Under the pieces are notes generated by a model. That model searched no databases. It was given only the letters and a program-made list of their open reading frames with translations, and was not told the DNA's origin. A DNA stretch of 64,000 bases from Pirellulales bacterium. GTDB taxonomy: Bacteria; Planctomycetota; Planctomycetia; Pirellulales; JBBDJB01. The DNA lies in NCBI GenBank assembly GCA_040880125.1, contig JBBDJB010000025.1:34268-98267 (forward strand). Reading direction: 5' to 3'. How positions within the stretch are numbered: position 1 is the stretch's first letter; each line of letters opens with the position of its first letter. The translations under genes and the position numbers were made by a program. Below, piece by piece: positions 37,337 to 46,385 of the stretch.

Positions 37337-38197
37337 TCACTCGACCGGGATCTCCAGCTTGCCCATCGCCGCGGTCAGGTACTCGCGGGCCTCGCGGGCG
37401 GCGTCGTCCGGCGCATCGATATAAGGATACAGCTCCACAGTCACCCAGCCATCGTACCCGCTGCCACGAATCGCCTGGAGCGTGGCCGGAAAGTCGATGG
37501 CCCCGCGGCCGGGGATCAGGTGCTTGTGCACTCGCGTGCCGGCAATGTCCTCGAAGTGGTAGTGGCGGGTGTGCGCGGCCATCCGATCGACCCAGTCCTG
37601 CGGATCCTCTCCGACGCAGTAGGCGTGCCCGATGTCGAAGTTTAGCCCCACCCGCGGCGAGTCGACCCGCTCCATGAACTTCAGGTACTGGCCGAATGTT
37701 TCGATCAACAGCCCCGGCTCGGGCTCGATCAGCAGATCGACGCCCACCTCCTCGGCCACCTCGACGCAGGGCATCAGCTCTTCATAAAAGATGTCGGCCG
37801 CCTGCTCCCAGGTCTGCCCCGGGGCCAGTTCACCGCCCGGCTCGGTCGTGATATTCGGCCCGCCGATCTCCCGGGCCAGCCGCAACGCCCGCTTGGTGTG
37901 CTCGCGGCGAATGGCGCGGTAGTGCGGGTCGGGATCCGTCCAGCCGGGGTGCCAGTACGGCTGTCGCGGATCGGCCACGGCGTTCATCATAAACGCGTTG
38001 ATATTGGAAATGGTCAACCCGTGCCGGTCCAGGGCCTTGCGAATCGACTCCTTCCGCTCTTCAAGTAGTCCCGCCGGCCAGGCGTGGGGCACGTCGGCCA
38101 GCACTTCGATGCCGCGGTAGCCCAACTCCGCGATCCGGGCGATCGTGTCCTCGATCGAGAAGTGCATGTAGGCATTGGAACTGAAGGCGAGTTTCAT
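37337..38197 (-). CDS. sugar-phosphate isomerase/epimerase (xylose-isomerase-like TIM barrel)
   Basis: MKLAFSSNAY...ELGYRGIEV...NFDIGHAY...HYHFEDI fits the AP_endonuc_2 / TIM-barrel pattern. Confidence 0.8.
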   Translation of the reverse strand: MKLAFSSNAYMHFSIEDTIARIAELGYRGIEVLADVPHAWPAGLLEERKESIRKALDRHGLTISNINAFMMNAVADPRQPYWHPGWTDPDPHYRAIRREHTKRALRLAREIGGPNITTEPGGELAPGQTWEQAADIFYEELMPCVEVAEEVGVDLLIEPEPGLLIETFGQYLKFMERVDSPRVGLNFDIGHAYCVGEDPQDWVDRMAAHTRHYHFEDIAGTRVHKHLIPGRGAIDFPATLQAIRGSGYDGWVTVELYPYIDAPDDAAREAREYLTAAMGKLEIPVE

Positions 38198-38400
38198 GGC
38201 GGGGCTCGGTGGGGAGGAATCACAGCACGGCCTGTCGCCGCGGCCGGCTTCTCGGAAAGCCTGTCATTGTACTTTGCCGCCCGTGGGGGTGAAACCACAG
38301 GTGGGAAAAACTGGCCGCCGGTGATGGCGGAAAACTCGCCTGGTGAAGAGTGAGTGGAGAGGAGAGTGCAGTGAGATTGGGCATAGTTTGCTCTGAGCAT

Positions 38401-38418
38401 CACTGCTGGCTTGTCCCA
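38401..38418 (-). repeat. hairpin repeat family B copy, degenerate (cactgctggcttgtccca)
   Basis: Reverse-complement relative of cacggctggacaagccagccgtg. Intergenic, at the left edge of the low-GC orphan gene. Confidence 0.45.
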
Positions 38419-38552
38419 ATGCTCTTCGGCACCTTTGTTGCCGGGCGATCTTTTGCGTGGGGCGCGGGGCATGGCGACACTTGGAACCAGCGGCGGTAGT
38501 TGTGACGGAGAAGACGGTTCACATGTCCAAAGAGGTCCGCGCAACAGCGGAG

Positions 38553-39824
38553 TCAATCTGTAGCGCTACTGGCTTTTGGCGCCGTTGGCGCGGCTTCCCC
38601 GGAGGACGTTGAGTTCTGAGGAGAGGGCTCTTCCGCCGAAAACGAACTGAAACCGGGTGAGTGGTTTAAGCTATTTGCATCTAATAGGTCCTGCGCCTTC
38701 TTCCGGTAACCATCCAGATTCGTCAGTTGTTCGAGCGTAGTCACGTTTGGGAGACGATAACCTCGCAATCGCAATTCGTGATTCACCATGGCCCAATACA
38801 TAGGATCGCGCAAGTGATCTGAAGGCGGGTTCGATAGTTGCGTTTCTAAGGCTTTCGCTAGATGCTTCACGATTCGAGGGACCTCCAGATCGGGCATGCC
38901 ATCAACTAAATCGAGGGACGCCACCATCAGTGTGCTGCCCAAATTAGGCTTTCCTCCGTTACCAACTGCGAGGACTTCGTATCCTGCCTGTATGACTCCC
39001 ATCAGTGCCGTCGCAGCATCTCGTTCGACAGACTCGACATAGTCATCCGATTGTTCAATACTCTGTAACGCTGTACGGAAGTGCCTTCGACCTCTCTCCG
39101 GCCGTCCCAAGGCATACTCAATTCGTGCCAACTGCCCCTGAAGCTGCAGCCGAAGATTCGTGTTTGCCGCTTTGGAAAGTCCGCGCTCAGCATATTCACG
39201 AGCAGATTTCATCTGCCCTGAGTTGTACATTCCAACCGATATCGCGAGCAGATCGCCCGCAAGCACTTTGCTTTCATTGAGTTTACTTAGTTCGTCAACT
39301 AATGCCACGCCCTGTTCTATCAGTGTTTCATTCGCTTGGATAAACCGTAGGTAGCCGAGCGTCGCATCTGTACGTACTCTAGTCGCTGTAACATCATCGC
39401 CGCCGTCCTCGAGCGTGTCCGCTACTGCTGATGCAATATTGAAGAACCCGTCTGCCATTATCTTGTTATAATAGACCTCTTGGTGTAAGTCGGTTAATTC
39501 AGCGCGAATACCTAAAAGGCGCTCGTGTCGCAAACGCTCGTTGGCGCGCCGTCCCTCCAGATACGTATAAATACCAGCAATGGTCGCGATCAGAAGTGTG
39601 CCCGTGACACCAACGCCCTGTAGCCGATTGCTAGGCTTATTGAGTCCGAAGGCCGCACAACACTTTCCGAGCCTTCCTGTTTTGGGCGAAGCAACTCTTC
39701 GTTCTTCTAACACCGTCGTACCCTCCTTTGTAAAGTAGCACCGGGACGGATAAAATCGCTCCGTTGCTGGACCAAACCGCAACACCGCGGGACTGCAGCC
39801 TAAGAACACCTCAGCATAAACCAT
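38553..39824 (-). CDS. hypothetical membrane-anchored protein with helical (TPR-like) repeats and a Ser/Pro-rich tail
   Basis: Low-GC ORF with a single TM segment (VGVTGTLLIATIAGIYTYL). TPR-like text: AREYAERGLSKAANTNLRLQLQGQLARIEYALGRPERGRRHFRTALQ. The start codon is uncertain and no family was recognised. Confidence 0.5.
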   Translation of the reverse strand: MVYAEVFLGCSPAVLRFGPATERFYPSRCYFTKEGTTVLEERRVASPKTGRLGKCCAAFGLNKPSNRLQGVGVTGTLLIATIAGIYTYLEGRRANERLRHERLLGIRAELTDLHQEVYYNKIMADGFFNIASAVADTLEDGGDDVTATRVRTDATLGYLRFIQANETLIEQGVALVDELSKLNESKVLAGDLLAISVGMYNSGQMKSAREYAERGLSKAANTNLRLQLQGQLARIEYALGRPERGRRHFRTALQSIEQSDDYVESVERDAATALMGVIQAGYEVLAVGNGGKPNLGSTLMVASLDLVDGMPDLEVPRIVKHLAKALETQLSNPPSDHLRDPMYWAMVNHELRLRGYRLPNVTTLEQLTNLDGYRKKAQDLLDANSLNHSPGFSSFSAEEPSPQNSTSSGEAAPTAPKASSATD

Positions 39825-39924
39825 CTTCCGCGCCTGGACACGAACACCGAGAAGAGAAAACCAACGTAAATCATGACGGGCAAGCAGCGATCGTAAGACC
39901 TACCGGAGACGATCCAGTGTAGCG

Positions 39925-40017
39925 AACGCCGTGGCTGTTTTGCACGATCGCTGGGTGCCACGGCTCACCTGGTCCCCGTCGTGAACAATACGACTGGACA
40001 AGCCAGCCGTGGCACCC
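39925..40017. repeat. cluster of hairpin repeat family B copies (full copy 39993-40017 actggacaagccagccgtggcaccc; inverted partial copy 39953-39965 gggtgccacggct)
   Basis: Read directly from the sequence. Shares GGCTGG-acaag-CCAGCC + GTGGCACCC with 42106-42134 and 58552-58580. Confidence 0.75.
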
Positions 40018-40035
40018 CCGGAAGCCGGCCGCGAT

Positions 40036-40060
40036 GCACAGACAAGAATGTCTGTGCCAC
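40036..40060 (-). repeat. hairpin repeat family A copy (gcacagacaagaatgtctgtgccac)
   Basis: 9-bp stem. The loop is agaa, versus ggaa in the consensus in this orientation. Lies 24 nt downstream of the ABC-2 permease stop. Confidence 0.85.
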
Positions 40061-40083
40061 CATCAGTCGCTAACCCATGAACA

Positions 40084-40911
40084 TCAACTGCTCGCGCTGC
40101 GATACGCCAGCAGCGAACGCTGAAAGATCCACCGTGAGATGACCAGGCTGCCGATAGTCGCGATGACGGCGAACGCGGCCAGCGGCCACGACTGTCGATC
40201 CAGCGGCAGCGCCATCAGCCGGGCCGGTACGTTCACTACCACCAGCACCGGCACGATGAACGTGAACAGTTGCCGCAGCGGCGTGCCGAACGTCCCGCTG
40301 TAAATTTCCATCGGGTAGCGCGAGAAGTTCGTGATGTAAAACCAGAAGTTGTACAGCGTCTGGTTGCGGCCCAGCCAGATGCTCGTCGCCGCCAGCGTGA
40401 TCATCAGGCTGTACAGAATGGCCACGCCGAACAGGATGTACATCGGGTACAGCAGCACTTGCTGCAGCGTGGGAAGATAGTTCAATCGGTAGAGCGAGTA
40501 GCCCAACAGCAAAGGCGCAACGAGAAAGTTCGCCAGGCTCGACCAGTTCACCCGTTGCAGCGACACGAGAAACTGCGTGTCGATCGGCTTGAGCAGCGCG
40601 AAGTCCAGCGCTCCGGTGCGGATCAGTTCGCTGAACTCTTCGGCGTTGGGCATGAAGAACGCCTGAACCAGGCTGTTGACGAACATGGTCGTGGCGATGA
40701 ACACGAAGAACTGGTACTTCCCCCAGCCGGTCCCCTCGCCGATCATCGGCGTATATTGAAAGATCAAGATGTAAAAGCCCAGGTTCATCATCATCCAGGC
40801 GACCGACGAGACCGCCTCGATCAGGAAGTTGGATCGGAACGTCATGTCCCGCACCAAGCTGTTGCGGGCGAAGGTGGCGAAGACGCGGGCATAAGCCGGA
40901 CGGTGGTCCAT
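40084..40911 (-). CDS. ABC-2 family transporter permease
   Basis: Start MDHRPAYARVFATFARNSLVRDMTFRSNFLIEAVSSVAWMMMNLGFYILIF, six TM segments. Abuts the upstream permease stop. Confidence 0.75.
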   Translation of the reverse strand: MDHRPAYARVFATFARNSLVRDMTFRSNFLIEAVSSVAWMMMNLGFYILIFQYTPMIGEGTGWGKYQFFVFIATTMFVNSLVQAFFMPNAEEFSELIRTGALDFALLKPIDTQFLVSLQRVNWSSLANFLVAPLLLGYSLYRLNYLPTLQQVLLYPMYILFGVAILYSLMITLAATSIWLGRNQTLYNFWFYITNFSRYPMEIYSGTFGTPLRQLFTFIVPVLVVVNVPARLMALPLDRQSWPLAAFAVIATIGSLVISRWIFQRSLLAYRSASS

Positions 40912-40912
40912 G

Positions 40913-41740
40913 TTATCCTCCAAAACCGCTGTAGCGCCGCTGGCCACGATTCAGCGCAATGCGGCAGAGGACCATAAACACCCCGACCCAGGCCACCTGA
41001 ATCCACATCCCACGAACCAGCTCCGCCCCCTCGATCTTGCCCAGGAATACCGCCGCGGGGAAATACGCCAGGTACTTCAGCGGAATCAGGTCCACTAACT
41101 GGTTCCACGGCGCCGGCAGCATGTCGAGCGGGAACATGTGCCCTGAGAAGAAAAAGTTGAACAGCATATAGACGAACAGCAGCGAGCTGACTTCCAGGAA
41201 CCAGAAGCCGACCATGCCGATCGTGGCTTCCAGGAAGAAGCCCAGCAGGAACGACAGGATCAGCGAGACGATGTACAGCCCCAGCACCTCTGGCTCGGGC
41301 CAGCCGTGGAAGTAGCCGCGGCAGAGGAAAAACACCAGCGCGAACGGCCCGGCCGCCACGGTGTAGTAGACCAGCTTATGGGCAATACGGTTGAGCAGCA
41401 GAAAGCCGATCATGTCGATCGGCTGGATCATGAACTTCTTGATCTCGCCGTTGCGGATCTGCAGCGCGATGCCCGAGGCCAAACCCGGCATGCTGGAAAA
41501 CGCCCGGGTGATCATCGTCAGCAGGTAGTAGGCGACCATATCCTGGTAGGCATAGCCGGCGATCTGATCGCGGCCGCCGTACGCTTCGATGGCGGAGAAG
41601 ACGGCCGACCAGAGGAAGATCTGGGTCACAATCGGCAGGAAGCGCATCAGCGTGCCCAGTGCGAAGTCGCCTCGATAGACGAGGCGCTCCTCCAGGCAAA
41701 TCCGCATAATGGTCCACCAGGTGGCAACTCGGGCAATCAT
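40913..41740 (-). CDS. ABC-2 family transporter permease
   Basis: Start set at MIARVATWWTIMRICLEERLVYRGDFALGTLMRFLP (ATG complement of 41738-41740). The 170-aa N-terminal extension of the listed ORF is translated repeat DNA (HRQECLCHNDASEKG appears twice) and is rejected. Confidence 0.75.
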   Translation of the reverse strand: MIARVATWWTIMRICLEERLVYRGDFALGTLMRFLPIVTQIFLWSAVFSAIEAYGGRDQIAGYAYQDMVAYYLLTMITRAFSSMPGLASGIALQIRNGEIKKFMIQPIDMIGFLLLNRIAHKLVYYTVAAGPFALVFFLCRGYFHGWPEPEVLGLYIVSLILSFLLGFFLEATIGMVGFWFLEVSSLLFVYMLFNFFFSGHMFPLDMLPAPWNQLVDLIPLKYLAYFPAAVFLGKIEGAELVRGMWIQVAWVGVFMVLCRIALNRGQRRYSGFGG

Positions 41741-41856
41741 GTAGTTACTTGGCTTGCGTGTCGAAAAGGGGGACTGACTCGATGCACGAGTACGTCTTTC
41801 CTCTTGTAAGACCTGCCCCGCATCGAGCCAGTCCCCTTTTTCGCTCGCATCATTAT

Positions 41857-41879
41857 GGCACAGACATTCCTGTCTGTGC
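41857..41879 (+). repeat. hairpin repeat family A copy (ggcacagacattcctgtctgtgc)
   Basis: Perfect copy, embedded in the ~60-nt direct repeat 41825-41885 / 42024-42083. Confidence 0.9.
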
Positions 41880-42054
41880 GCGGTGTTGGTACCCCCTTTC
41901 CCCGCAGGGGCGAGGGAGTAAGCCGCGGTAGATGCGGCCATGGATTCGGCTGAACTCTCGCGAGCGCGAGCTACGGGCGAAAGACACGACCGTGAAAAGG
42001 GGGACAGGCACTTCGCTGCGCTCAGAGCCAGTCCCTTTTCACTCGCATCATTGT

Positions 42055-42077
42055 GGCACAGACAATCTTGTCTGAGC
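42055..42077 (+). repeat. hairpin repeat family A copy, degenerate (ggcacagacaatcttgtctgagc)
   Basis: Second copy of the ~60-nt direct repeat, with stem mismatches. Confidence 0.7.
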
Positions 42078-42105
42078 GCGGTGCGGGGGGAACGCTGTCT
42101 CAAGG

Positions 42106-42134
42106 CACGGCTGGACAAGCCTGCCGTGGCACCC
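42106..42134 (+). repeat. hairpin repeat family B copy (cacggctggacaagcctgccgtggcaccc)
   Basis: One stem mismatch. Lies 28 nt after family A copy 42055-42077. Confidence 0.8.
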
Positions 42135-42692
42135 AGCGCGGTGCCGAAGCAAAAAGCGGGAACGTTTATAAAAGGAATGAGTGCGAAAGTGACAGCCGGC
42201 TGCACGCGCCAGCGGGGGCAAGTGCTTGCGACATACACGCCGGCCGCCACCTCGTTATTCTCTTCCCGCGGTGTGGCGGGTGCAATCCTCCTTACGGGGG
42301 CGCTCGGACGTCGACCGATTCGATAGCGCGCAAAGTTGTCGACTGTATTCGGTAGCGCGCGAAGTTCTTGTAAACGGCAGGCCGGCTTGTTACCGTTGGC
42401 CTCGCACGGCTAGTTCTCTTGCCCGCACCCGGGCCGTGCGCTTGGGCCGTACGGAAATAGCCAACAGGAGTCGTTTCCCGCCACACTTCACGTCATTGAC
42501 CCGAAGGGAGATTCGGTCATGCAAACTTCCGGCACCTACCCGGATGTCACACCCCAGACACGATGTCACGCACTCAGTAATCCCATCTCAAGACCACGCT
42601 TATCACGGCAAAACGCAGCGGCGGCTGAGCTGCGCGGTGAGAAGTCGCCGCTTCGCCGCGCCGTTTGTGAACTGCGTGTCGTTTCCATCGGC

Positions 42693-44120
42693 ATGCTGGC
42701 GGTCGCCATGTTGTTGGCCGCGCGGCCGGCACTTGCCCAAAAGGAAGCGCTGCTCGTGTCGATCGACAGTCGCGCGGACGAGACATGGCAGGCCGCCCGG
42801 CAGATTTGGGAGTGGGCCGAACCGGGTTACCAGGAGAAGCAGTCCTCCGCGGTGCTCGTCGAGATGCTCCGCGCGGCGGAGTTTGAGATCGAGCAGGGCG
42901 TGGCGGAGATTCCCACCGCGTTTACCGCCACGTTCGGGTCGGGTACGCCGGTGGTCGGCATCTTGGGCGAGTTCGACGCCCTGCCGGGACTTTCGCAGAA
43001 AGCCACGCCACAGCGCGACCCGCGCGAACCAGGCGGATATGGCCATGCCTGTGGGCATCATCTGTTCGGTACGGCGTCGGCCAGTGCCTGCATCGCGATT
43101 GCCGAGCAGATCGCAGCCGGGAACATCCAGGGCACGGTGCGCTTTTACGGCTGTCCGGCCGAGGAGGGCGGAGCCGCCAAGGCGTTCATGATTCGCGCCG
43201 GGCTGTTCGACGATTGCGATGCCGTGTTGCACTGGCACCCGAGCAGCCAGAACGCCGCCGGCGATCGCACTTGCCTGGCCCGCATGGCCGCCAAGTTCCG
43301 CTTCTACGGCACCAGCGCCCATGCCGCCGGCGCGCCGGAACAGGGGCGGTCCGCGCTGGATGCGGTCGAGCTGACCAACTACGCGGCGCAGCTTTTGCGC
43401 GAGCACACGCCCGACTTCACGCGGATTCACCACGTCATCACCGCCGGCGGCGGCGCACCGAACGTCGTGCCGGACTTCGCCGAGGTGTACTACTATATCC
43501 GCCATCCGGAGGCCGACGTCCTCAGCACACTATATCCGCGGCTGGTCAAGTGCGCGGAGGCGGGTGCTCTGGCGACCGAAACGCAGCTCGAGGTCTCCTA
43601 TCTCGGCGGCACGCAGCCGCTGCTTCCGAACAACACGCTGGCCCAGGTGGTGTTGGCGAACCTTCGCAAGCTCAACGACCTAAGCTACGACGACCAGCAG
43701 AAGGCCTTCGCGCTGCGGATCCAGGAGACGCTTGCTGAGCCTGAACCGCTGGAGGAGATCGAGGAAGTGACCGACCGCTCCGGCGACCTGGGCAAAGGCT
43801 CGACCGACGTGGGCGACGTCTCTTGGGTGGTGCCGACCACCGGCTTCTCGACTGCCTGCTGGGTGCCGGGCACGCCGGGCCACTCCTGGCAAGCGGTGGC
43901 CGCCGGCGGGATGAGCATCGGGCGGCAGGGCATGGTCCTGGCCGCCAAGGTGATGGGCGCGTCCGCCTGGGACCTGTACCAGCACTCCGAACTGATCGCG
44001 GGCGCAAAGTACGAACACTCGCGTCGTCGGGCCGGCCGCGGCTACGAATCGCTACTCGAGGATGAACAAGCGCCTCCGCTGGACTATCGTAGCGCTCCGG
44101 TCGGCGTGCTGGCGGAGTAG
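42693..44120 (+). CDS. M20-family amidohydrolase/peptidase (AbgB / M20D-like), exported
   Basis: Carries GILGEFDALPGLSQ, HACGHHLFG, YGCPAEEGGAAKAFM and FRFYGTSAHAAGAPEQGRSALDA. The signal-like MLAVAMLLAARPALAQ sets the start at 42693, which is uncertain. Confidence 0.8.
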   Translation: MLAVAMLLAARPALAQKEALLVSIDSRADETWQAARQIWEWAEPGYQEKQSSAVLVEMLRAAEFEIEQGVAEIPTAFTATFGSGTPVVGILGEFDALPGLSQKATPQRDPREPGGYGHACGHHLFGTASASACIAIAEQIAAGNIQGTVRFYGCPAEEGGAAKAFMIRAGLFDDCDAVLHWHPSSQNAAGDRTCLARMAAKFRFYGTSAHAAGAPEQGRSALDAVELTNYAAQLLREHTPDFTRIHHVITAGGGAPNVVPDFAEVYYYIRHPEADVLSTLYPRLVKCAEAGALATETQLEVSYLGGTQPLLPNNTLAQVVLANLRKLNDLSYDDQQKAFALRIQETLAEPEPLEEIEEVTDRSGDLGKGSTDVGDVSWVVPTTGFSTACWVPGTPGHSWQAVAAGGMSIGRQGMVLAAKVMGASAWDLYQHSELIAGAKYEHSRRRAGRGYESLLEDEQAPPLDYRSAPVGVLAE

Positions 44121-44178
44121 GGGGCGAGGCGACGCCGAGATTGTGCCACGTGAACGAACAACTCTTGGAGTAGACACC

Positions 44179-45219
44179 ATGAAGCTTCATACTCGCACGG
44201 CCAAGTCGCTCATGTGGATACTGCCGCTGGTACTGCTGCTGGCCGCCTCGGCGGCCGTCGCGCAGGATACCTCGCCCCTGCGGCCCGGAACGGAACTAAA
44301 AATCGAAGGGGCGGTCGCCTTCACCGAGGGCCCGGCCTGGCATCCCAGCGGCAACGTCTACTTCACGGAGATCGTCGGCAACCGCATCATGCGGCGCGAT
44401 CCGACCGGCGTCATGCACGTCTACCGTCAGCCCTCGGGCCGGGCGAATGGTCTGGCATTCGATCGCCAGGGGCGGCTGATCGCGTGCGAAGGCGGCGGCG
44501 AGGGCGGTAATCGCCGCGTGACTCGCACCGAGGCGAACGGGACGATCACCGTGCTGGCCGATCGCTACGAGGGCCACCGGTTCAACTCGCCGAACGACCT
44601 GGTCGTCGACTCCAACAATCGCATCTTCTTCAGCGATCCGCGGTACGGCGATCGCACTGACGTGGAGATGGTGGACGAGTCCGGACGGCCGATCGAGGGC
44701 GTGTATCGCATCGACGACGGCGCTCAGGTGATGCGGATCATCACGCATCAGGTGGCGCGGCCCAACGGGCTGGCGATTACCGCCGACCGCCGCGTGCTGT
44801 ACGTGGCGGACAACGTGAACGACGGAGCGGAAGGCGTCGGCGGCGCCCGCAAGCTATGGCGGTTCGAACTGACGCCCGGGGGCGACATCGTTCCCGAAAG
44901 CCAGCACCTGGTCTTCGACTGGGGCACCGACCGCGGGCCGGACGGGATGGCCATGGATCGTGCCGGCCGGCTCTACGTGGCGGCCGGTTTCAATAAACCG
45001 AATCCGCCGGCCGAAACCGCGGAGAAGTACAAGGCCGGCGTCTATATTATCTCGCCCGATGGCGAACTGCTCGACTTCGTGCCGGTGCCGGAGGACATGG
45101 TCACCAACTGCACGTTCGGTGGAGACGATCTGCAAACGCTGTTCATCACGGCCGGGCATAAGCTGTGGAGCGTGCGCGCGAATACGCCCGGCGTGGTGAC
45201 GTGGCTGCCGCCGCAGTAG
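44179..45219 (+). CDS. SMP-30/gluconolactonase/LRE-family six-bladed beta-propeller, exported
   Basis: Signal peptide MKLHTRTAKSLMWILPLVLLLAASAAVAQD. Carries EGPAWHPSGNVYFTEI, FNSPNDLVVD, PNGLAIT and PDGMAMD. Confidence 0.85.
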   Translation: MKLHTRTAKSLMWILPLVLLLAASAAVAQDTSPLRPGTELKIEGAVAFTEGPAWHPSGNVYFTEIVGNRIMRRDPTGVMHVYRQPSGRANGLAFDRQGRLIACEGGGEGGNRRVTRTEANGTITVLADRYEGHRFNSPNDLVVDSNNRIFFSDPRYGDRTDVEMVDESGRPIEGVYRIDDGAQVMRIITHQVARPNGLAITADRRVLYVADNVNDGAEGVGGARKLWRFELTPGGDIVPESQHLVFDWGTDRGPDGMAMDRAGRLYVAAGFNKPNPPAETAEKYKAGVYIISPDGELLDFVPVPEDMVTNCTFGGDDLQTLFITAGHKLWSVRANTPGVVTWLPPQ

Positions 45220-45332
45220 GGCGTTTTGCCGGCGGCCGTGGCGACGAGATTTTCGCGTGCGCACTGCGGGGGCGGTACAATGCGTTGAGAATTACTTTCG
45301 GCAATCGGTCTCCGCCAGGCGAGGGATGAGCC

Positions 45333-46385
45333 ATGTTCGCTGTTTCGATCACGCCGCAAGTCAGGGCAGGGCAGTTGGCCGCGCCGATCTTGCTGGCGTT
45401 CTCAATCCTGATCGCATCCCCGAGCCTTGCCTCTGAGCCGCCTGCGCCGGAGTCGGACGCCGTACGGCAGCGCCGAGCCGCCGAGCGAGGACTGGCCATC
45501 GTCCAGCGGGCCGCGGCCAACTATCCAGACCATCGCGCGTGCTTTGCGTGTCACCACCAAACCTTGCCCATGCACGCGATGGTGGCCGCGGGGCGGCGCG
45601 GCCTCGCGTTCGACGCCGAACTGTTGCGAGACCAGGCGGACTTCACGCATCTCTCCTTCGCCGGACGTGCCGACGACATGCGCGAAGGGCACGGCATCGG
45701 CGGCGCTTCGTTCACCGTGGCGTATGGCTTGTGGACGCTTGCGCTTGTCGACTGGCAGCGCGACGACACCACCGACGCGATGGTACATTTCCTGCTGGTG
45801 AATCAAAAGGAGGACGGCCACTGGTCGGTCTCGTCGCGCCGCCCGCCGTTGGAGGAGTCAAAACAATCGACGACGGCCATGGCGGCATACTTCCTGCGGC
45901 GGTATGCCGCGCCGGAAAAGGAGGAGCAAGCTGCTGAGGCCGTGGAGAAAGCCCTCGCGTGGCTGCGCGATTCGGCGATCGAAAGCCAGGAGGACGGTAA
46001 CGGGCTCGCTTGGGGCCTGCACGTGCTGGGGGCAGATGAGGCCGACGTGGAACAGGCTCGCCAGGCCTCCATCGCGCGGCAGCACGCCGACGGCGGCTGG
46101 TCGCAAATCCCTGAGATGGAGAGCGACGCCTACGCCACCGGCCAGACGCTGGCCGTGTTGGCGTCGACCGGCTGGGATCCCAGCGAGGAGGAGTATCGTC
46201 GGGGGATGGCGTTCTTGCTGCGGACGCAAGAAAGCGATGGCTCGTGGCGCGTGGAAACCCGCGCCCGCCCGGTCCAGGAGTTCTTCGACAACGGCGACCC
46301 GCATGGCAAGCACCAGTTCATCTCGATCCCCGCCACCAGTTGGGCCGTAACGGCACTGGCCGTCGGGCTGGAAGGGCAACGGTAG
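45333..46385 (+). CDS. exported prenyltransferase/squalene-oxidase-repeat (alpha/alpha-toroid) protein with a CxxCH motif
   Basis: Signal-like N-terminus. CFACH at ...HRACFACHHQTLPMH. Repeated DGHWS / DGGWSQ / SDGSWR motifs. Confidence 0.7.
   Translation: MFAVSITPQVRAGQLAAPILLAFSILIASPSLASEPPAPESDAVRQRRAAERGLAIVQRAAANYPDHRACFACHHQTLPMHAMVAAGRRGLAFDAELLRDQADFTHLSFAGRADDMREGHGIGGASFTVAYGLWTLALVDWQRDDTTDAMVHFLLVNQKEDGHWSVSSRRPPLEESKQSTTAMAAYFLRRYAAPEKEEQAAEAVEKALAWLRDSAIESQEDGNGLAWGLHVLGADEADVEQARQASIARQHADGGWSQIPEMESDAYATGQTLAVLASTGWDPSEEEYRRGMAFLLRTQESDGSWRVETRARPVQEFFDNGDPHGKHQFISIPATSWAVTALAVGLEGQR

Noticed and set aside
41741-42250. 170-aa N-terminal extension of ORF 40913..42250, containing the twice-repeated peptide HRQ(E/D)CLCHNDASEKG
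   Set aside because: The repeated peptide is the translation of hairpin repeat DNA (family A plus the GTCCCCTTTT motif). The permease domain begins at MIARVATWW, which has its own ATG at 41740.
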